Shown in pieces: positions 58,931-64,000 of a DNA stretch of 64,000 bases. Source of the DNA: Candidatus Nanoarchaeia archaeon (GTDB lineage Archaea > Nanobdellota > Nanobdellia > Woesearchaeales > GW2011-AR9); the NCBI GenBank assembly GCA_035290865.1, contig DATDTM010000012.1, forward strand, positions 11,134-75,133, given 5' to 3'. Each line of letters opens with the position of its first letter. Within the stretch, counting starts at the first letter, position 1. The notes beneath the pieces were generated by a model. It ran no database searches, was not told where the DNA came from, and saw nothing but the letters and a program-made list of their open reading frames with translations. The position numbers and the translations under genes are program-made.

Positions 58931-59854
58931 ATGTTCTTACAAAAGAGAGTGATTAATGGAATTACTTATACTTACTTAGACCATAGTTTTCGCATTGGAA
59001 ACGAAGTTAAAAAAGTTTCTTTAATTCTGGATAAGAATAAACAAGATTATAATGAAGCGATAATAGAAAAAATCGCTGCTGCCCGTGCGGCATATTTCAC
59101 CAAAAACTTCCAAACTTATTTTTCAGAAGAGGAAATGACTAAAATTGAAACTGAAAAGATATTTTATCAAATATTCTTTAACTCATTAGACCGAAAATTC
59201 CAAGAAGCCATCTGGGAAGAATATTTACGCCTCTTTCTAGCCAACAGTATGGAATTAGAAGGATCAACTATAACTCCTCAGCTGGCAGAGAATATTGATA
59301 AGAGAAAGAGAACAATTTTGCCTGAAGCAGAAGTTAAATTATATCATAACTCTAAAGGTGCATTCAAAGAGATAATAGGCTCTGAATTAAGGTCTGTAAT
59401 CCAGTTTAAGCAATTTCATCAAATGATTTATGAGGGAATCATCCCAGATGCAGGCAATTTCAAAAAATTGCCCAACACTTTTGGTTATACTGAAAAAGCA
59501 AGAACCGCTCCTCCAGAAAAAGTAAGATTAGAATTAAAGAAAACCTTAGAGAATTATCAGAATAAAGAGATATACCCTTTCCTAAAGCCGTTGCTATTCC
59601 ACTTAAATTACCAGAAGACTCATCCTTTCACTGATGGAAACAGCAGGCTGGGAAGGATACTCCTGGTAGCGCAGATGTGTAAGTTGAATTATCCTGCCCT
59701 GATCTTCAAAGGTGATTTGGGTTTCCAGATCAGAGAGACTTTAATGGAATATATCAATCGTAACCACTTGGATTTCTGCAGGTTATGCTTAGAGCAATAT
59801 TTGCTAACTTCAATAAAATTCTGGAGGCCAATGATTAGGAAGTATTTGTATTGA
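58931..59854 (+). CDS. Fic domain protein
   Basis: SMELEG and HPFTDGNSRLGR (Fic motif with G->S). Confidence 0.92.
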   Translation: MFLQKRVINGITYTYLDHSFRIGNEVKKVSLILDKNKQDYNEAIIEKIAAARAAYFTKNFQTYFSEEEMTKIETEKIFYQIFFNSLDRKFQEAIWEEYLRLFLANSMELEGSTITPQLAENIDKRKRTILPEAEVKLYHNSKGAFKEIIGSELRSVIQFKQFHQMIYEGIIPDAGNFKKLPNTFGYTEKARTAPPEKVRLELKKTLENYQNKEIYPFLKPLLFHLNYQKTHPFTDGNSRLGRILLVAQMCKLNYPALIFKGDLGFQIRETLMEYINRNHLDFCRLCLEQYLLTSIKFWRPMIRKYLY

Positions 59855-60000
59855 CTATTAGATAGTCTTATAATAAATTGCCTGGTTTAGGTTGCATTAT
59901 TTACGCAATTTACTATTAGATAATTGCGGATTAAAGCCACAATATTAACCCAATTATATTTCAGAATCAATTCTCTATTCTAGTACTCGTTTCTTTAGTA

Positions 60001-60843
60001 TTAACGCACACTTTGAACATCAGAAATTATCTTTTTAGCAATTGTCTCAGCAAGGAAAGAGTTATTAATCAGTTCTACGTTTATTTTTTGTTTTCCATTG
60101 ATTAATTCCATAAATCGGATATAATCCAAGTCTTCGTATGATCTTGCTTTCTGATATAATTCATCCAATTGCTTAGCTAATTCTTTCGGAACTGAAAGCT
60201 TAAGCAAAAATGGGCCGGAAGTGCCATAATAATTAATGTTATTAAATGAAGGAACAATCTTGGAGATACAATTTTTACCAGAGTAATATTTTCTAGAAAT
60301 CTTGTCCAAAGAAGTATTTCCTGTGATTTTTACATATATTTTAGCATGATGTTTTGCGTGATTATTTATTAGACTATCTTCGTTTTCCAAATTACCGATT
60401 ACCCACCAAACATGATGGCCTTCCCAGGTTATAATCGGGTTTGTACTGATAGAAGCTCCTTTAACCTCAATTTCGCTCCAGAACAAATCACTCTGAACTA
60501 AGTTATCAAATTCATAAACAGAGGTTTCTCCCTTGGAAAATATATTATTATTCACAGAAGGTTTGATTTTGTTGTAATAAATTGCTAACCGCTCAAAAAA
60601 CTTCTTTCGTTCAATGATCCAGGCTAAACTTAGCTTATACTTGGCTTGGTCATTTTGTAGAATGCCTTCTGCCACCAGTTCTTTTACATTCTTAAATGTC
60701 GCCTGATAAGAATGTTTGTCCCCATCCAAAGAATGATGTATTTGCATTATGCTTAAAGGATACTTATTAATAAGGATATTAATTATCTTTTCTTTGCTTT
60801 TCATTTCAAGCGGGTTAAGCATAAATTCAAGTAAAGGAGGCAT
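60001..60843 (-). CDS. wHTH-containing putative transcriptional regulator
   Basis: PLSIMQIH...SYQATFKNVKELVAEG N-terminal wHTH; divergent from the rSAM cluster. Confidence 0.7.
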   Translation of the reverse strand: MPPLLEFMLNPLEMKSKEKIINILINKYPLSIMQIHHSLDGDKHSYQATFKNVKELVAEGILQNDQAKYKLSLAWIIERKKFFERLAIYYNKIKPSVNNNIFSKGETSVYEFDNLVQSDLFWSEIEVKGASISTNPIITWEGHHVWWVIGNLENEDSLINNHAKHHAKIYVKITGNTSLDKISRKYYSGKNCISKIVPSFNNINYYGTSGPFLLKLSVPKELAKQLDELYQKARSYEDLDYIRFMELINGKQKINVELINNSFLAETIAKKIISDVQSVR

Positions 60844-60912
60844 CCATTTAAACTTTTTGGTTGATTTTCATTAAACCATAGATTTTTATAGATATTGGTT
60901 AAAGTTAAGAGC

Positions 60913-61128
60913 ATGGAGAGAACAATTGTTGAAGAAATGTGGGGGATTTACTCTCTATCATATGTAAAGAAAAGAATGTCAAAAGAAAGAGAAGAGCTGG
61001 ACAAACGCTATTATCAAAGAGCTACAGCGGGTGAAAGATTTGGCAGAGTGTTATATGACGCAATGGTAAATTTGTTGAAAGAGGCTTCAGATTACAGGAC
61101 ACAAAACCAGAAAAACACTGAAAAATAA
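60913..61128 (+). CDS. small hypothetical protein
   Basis: first of three small co-oriented ORFs before the rSAM gene. Confidence 0.55.
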   Translation: MERTIVEEMWGIYSLSYVKKRMSKEREELDKRYYQRATAGERFGRVLYDAMVNLLKEASDYRTQNQKNTEK

Positions 61129-61140
61129 AAGGGATACAAA

Positions 61141-61404
61141 ATGCCAAGAGAGAATAATATTTTCCAAAGAGAGATTAGATGTCACGTCCCAGATTCATAC
61201 GATGTATATTCGGGGGATATAATCGCAGTAATTTATCCTGACGGCCGGTCAGAAGTATTATGCGGATACGCGGTTAGAAGACACAATAATGGAGATCCAA
61301 TTATCGCCTGTTCTCTGAAAGAGAAGGACAGATTTGATGAAAAATTGTATCACAAAACTTCATGTGGGTATAATATTCAAAGAGAGTTAACGGATCAGTA
61401 CTGA
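61141..61404 (+). CDS. small four-Cys hypothetical protein
   Basis: 87 aa; four spaced Cys. Confidence 0.6.
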   Translation: MPRENNIFQREIRCHVPDSYDVYSGDIIAVIYPDGRSEVLCGYAVRRHNNGDPIIACSLKEKDRFDEKLYHKTSCGYNIQRELTDQY

Positions 61405-61437
61405 AATAAAAAGTTAAAACAATGGAGGGTATTAAAA

Positions 61438-61656
61438 ATGGTTGTATCTGAACAGTCTTTTGAAACGCTCGGAGCGTTATACCAACGCTATATTTTACAG
61501 AAGGACTCTTCTAAAGCAAGTGGGGATTTAAGTACCCCAGCATTAGATTACATCGTTGCCGAAACTGAATCGATGAGGGGCTATGATAAATGCAATCGGC
61601 AATATAGCGATTATAGAGATCGCGGTAAGTGTAGGTGTATACTGTTTTCAAGTTAG
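61438..61656 (+). CDS. candidate RiPP precursor peptide
   Basis: SD GGAGG; leader plus core GYDKCNRQYSDYRDRGKCRCILFSS; 60 bp upstream of the rSAM/SPASM gene. Confidence 0.65.
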   Translation: MVVSEQSFETLGALYQRYILQKDSSKASGDLSTPALDYIVAETESMRGYDKCNRQYSDYRDRGKCRCILFSS

Positions 61657-61716
61657 AAGCAGCTATTTTGGTAGTTCAGCTTTATTAAACAGTAATGATT
61701 TTTCAGCACCATAAAA

Positions 61717-62874
61717 ATGAAAATATCTCGGCCAGATAAGTTTCCTCTTACGGTAATAGTTAAACCCACTAAGAGATGTAATTTAAGTTGTAAGTACTGT
61801 TATGAAGACACCAGCAGAGATAACAAATCAATGGATAATTCTACCCTCGAAAAGGTAATCTTTGAGGTTTTGGCTTACAATGACCAAGCTTTTGGGAATG
61901 GAAAGTTTGTGCAGGAAACAGAATTTATCTGGCATGGCGGGGAACCATTACTGATGGGAAAAGACTTTTTCCAAAAAATTAAATCGCTTCAACAAGAATA
62001 TTTAAGCGGTCGGACTGACCACAAAGTTAAAAATGGAGTGCAATCTAATCTAACTTTATTGACCCCGGAACTCTGGACTTTCTTAAGAGATGAAGATTTT
62101 GTGGTTGGTTCCAGTTTAGATGGTTCTAAAGAAATCCATGACCGTTGTCGGGTATACCAAAATGGTGAAGGGTCTTATAAAGCAGTAATAGAAGCCATAG
62201 ATTATACTAGACCAACATCAAGATCATTCTCTCCTATAGGTGTTTTAGTTGTTTTAACTAAAGACAAGTTAGATCAAATCTCCGAGCTGTATCATTTCTT
62301 TAAACAACAAAGAATCAATTTTGATTTTGGTCAATTATCTGTTGCCGGAAAAGCAGAAGAGAACCGAAGTTCACTGGAGGTGAGTGCGGAAGAATGGGGA
62401 AAAGCAATTATAGAGCTTTTTGATTTATGGTTTTATGATACCACTGAACCTTCTCTTTATATCTCTGAGTTAGTTAAATCTGCTGCAGGAGTTCTTAGTG
62501 GAAGTATTTCCTCATGTATGTTTTCAGGAAATTGTCGCCAAAGTTATATTTCTATAAACCCCAATGGAGAGGTATACCCTTGTGGACGTTTTGGAGCAGA
62601 AGAAACTTTTAAACTAGGGAATATTAATGCTCAGAGTCTCGCAGAAATTATGCAATCCCCCACCCAAAATTATTTACTCTCCCGAGATATAAGAACTATT
62701 GAAGATTGTAACGGATGTGAATATAAAAGCCTTTGCAACGGTGGTTGTTTTTATAATGCGTACTTAGCAACTGGTGATATTTTCCAGAAAGATCCACTTT
62801 GTGAAGGATATAAAATGGTTTACAAACATATTAGTAAAAGACTACAAGAACAATTAACTCAATTATTGATTTAG
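61717..62874 (+). CDS. radical SAM/SPASM domain maturase (anSME/FxsB-like)
   Basis: CNLSCKYC, WHGGEPLL; SPASM C..C..G.VYPC...CNGC...CNGGC...C. Confidence 0.93.
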   Translation: MKISRPDKFPLTVIVKPTKRCNLSCKYCYEDTSRDNKSMDNSTLEKVIFEVLAYNDQAFGNGKFVQETEFIWHGGEPLLMGKDFFQKIKSLQQEYLSGRTDHKVKNGVQSNLTLLTPELWTFLRDEDFVVGSSLDGSKEIHDRCRVYQNGEGSYKAVIEAIDYTRPTSRSFSPIGVLVVLTKDKLDQISELYHFFKQQRINFDFGQLSVAGKAEENRSSLEVSAEEWGKAIIELFDLWFYDTTEPSLYISELVKSAAGVLSGSISSCMFSGNCRQSYISINPNGEVYPCGRFGAEETFKLGNINAQSLAEIMQSPTQNYLLSRDIRTIEDCNGCEYKSLCNGGCFYNAYLATGDIFQKDPLCEGYKMVYKHISKRLQEQLTQLLI

Positions 62875-62919
62875 AATAATTAAAATGAATGAGTACAGAT
62901 ATTCAATTAACCTAAAAAA

Positions 62920-63601
62920 GGCTTTTCTAATCCCTGAACAATAAAATGTATTTTCTCTTACCACCAAAAATTCGGAGACATTTATGTTTTTTGGATCGGT
63001 CATTAAAAACAGGTGGACTGGGTTTTTATCTTTTCCAAGAGATGGTTGAATATAATCAAAATGATTTAATTTAAACTAAATATTTTCATAAAAATTTATC
63101 TGTCAATCGGAAACCGCCCACCACCGGTCACAGACCGGTGGCATGCTCGCTCCCTTCGGTCGCTCGGGGCGGTTTCCTCAGACCCTGAATTTTCCACGAA
63201 ATGCAATCTCGCTGAAGCTTATGCCACCAGTGTAACACTGGTGGAAAATTCAGATTTTACTGGCCATCTTATTATCTGGCCTTTCAACTTCTAATACAAT
63301 TTTTTGCTTGTTCTTTGAGAGATATTCTTTCAGTAAGTCTGTTCCATTCCTTTTTCCCTAAATTCTTCTTTTATTGCCAAATATTCCATAACCCATAAAT
63401 CTCCAAAATCCCAATTAGTAACTATTGCAACTATTTTTTATCTTTAATAACAATGGAGAAAAAAGAGTATCGCTTGTTTTTAATCAGCTTTTTCTGTAAA
63501 TCCATTGTTCTTCTTTCGTCTGAAGGGAAAGAAGATTCATATATCCCCCACACTCCTCTAAATTCTGCTGAATTCTCGTCTCTTATTTTGATGAATCCCA
63601 T
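62920..63601 (-). pseudogene. GNAT acetyltransferase pseudogene interrupted by a palindromic element
   Basis: MGFIKIRD..IYESSFPSDERR / MEYLAIKEEFREKG / IVLEVERPD [element] INFYE..FKLNHFDYIQPSL; frameshifts and a stop. Confidence 0.75.
63102..63258. repeat. palindromic element family D with inner module
   Basis: inverted copy of 7508-7611 carrying the same inner module as the family B element at 33076. Confidence 0.85.
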
Positions 63602-63670
63602 CTTGCAAGTGATAAGATTTAATCTTTTATTTATTGGGCTATTTATTGAGTAATATGAAGATGAGCCGAA

Positions 63671-64000
63671 TTATTCCACTGCAAAACTCCCCGCAACCAG
63701 CAGCGGAAAAGCGATCGTCGCATCGCAGTGGATTTTTACATTGGGAGCATTAACTTTTACCTTGCCCCAGGTAATCGCCTCTTCCACTCTCGCTCCTGAA
63801 TCCGAGCCGTCATATTCCTGGGCAGTATTGATATAAACTACAAAATCAAACCCTTCTTTGAAAATATTGGCATTGAGAGCAAAATGTTTGCTGATCCCAC
63901 CTCCTAAAATTATTCCTCCGGTCTTCTCAGAGTTTAATACCAGCTGAACTATATCTTTCATCTCTTTGGCTATATCAATCAGAAAATCCGGATGGCTCTG
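63671..64000 (-). CDS. dys: deoxyhypusine synthase (3' part; 5' end outside window)
   Basis: ILGGGISKH, YINTAQEYDGSDSGA..EAITWGK, DATIAFPL. Confidence 0.93.
   Translation of the reverse strand, partial: QSHPDFLIDIAKEMKDIVQLVLNSEKTGGIILGGGISKHFALNANIFKEGFDFVVYINTAQEYDGSDSGARVEEAITWGKVKVNAPNVKIHCDATIAFPLLVAGSFAVE

Overview
This is an AT-rich archaeal genome segment, most consistent with a DPANN (Woesearchaeota-like) organism. Markers are aIF2-gamma, Alba, S17e, SecE, Spt5, class I CCA enzyme, Cdc48, deoxyhypusine synthase, SRP RNA, BRE/TATA promoters and tRNAs with bulge-helix-bulge (BHB) introns. Main observations: (1) two paralogous genes, and probably a third unrelated one, carry GC-rich NNC-codon C-terminal cassettes typical of diversity-generating retroelement (DGR) variable regions; no RT or template repeat is visible in the window, and the pair sits in a Dus-bounded island interleaved with MNT/HEPN pairs. 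(2) A radical SAM/SPASM gene lies directly downstream of a 72-aa ORF with a tandem YxD core, a candidate cyclophane-RiPP locus. (3) An unannotated ~620-nt minus-strand region folds into many hairpins closed by a long G-U-containing terminal helix, a candidate new ncRNA. (4) A tRNA-Ser carries three introns and a tRNA-Gly carries a T-loop intron. (5) Several families of nested palindromic elements and MITEs occur; one interrupts a GNAT gene and two inverted copies flank lysS. (6) Three proteins share an N-terminal coiled-coil domain but have unrelated C-termini. (7) There is a glycerol/lipid salvage cluster. All calls come from reading the sequence by eye; no searches or folding programs were run.
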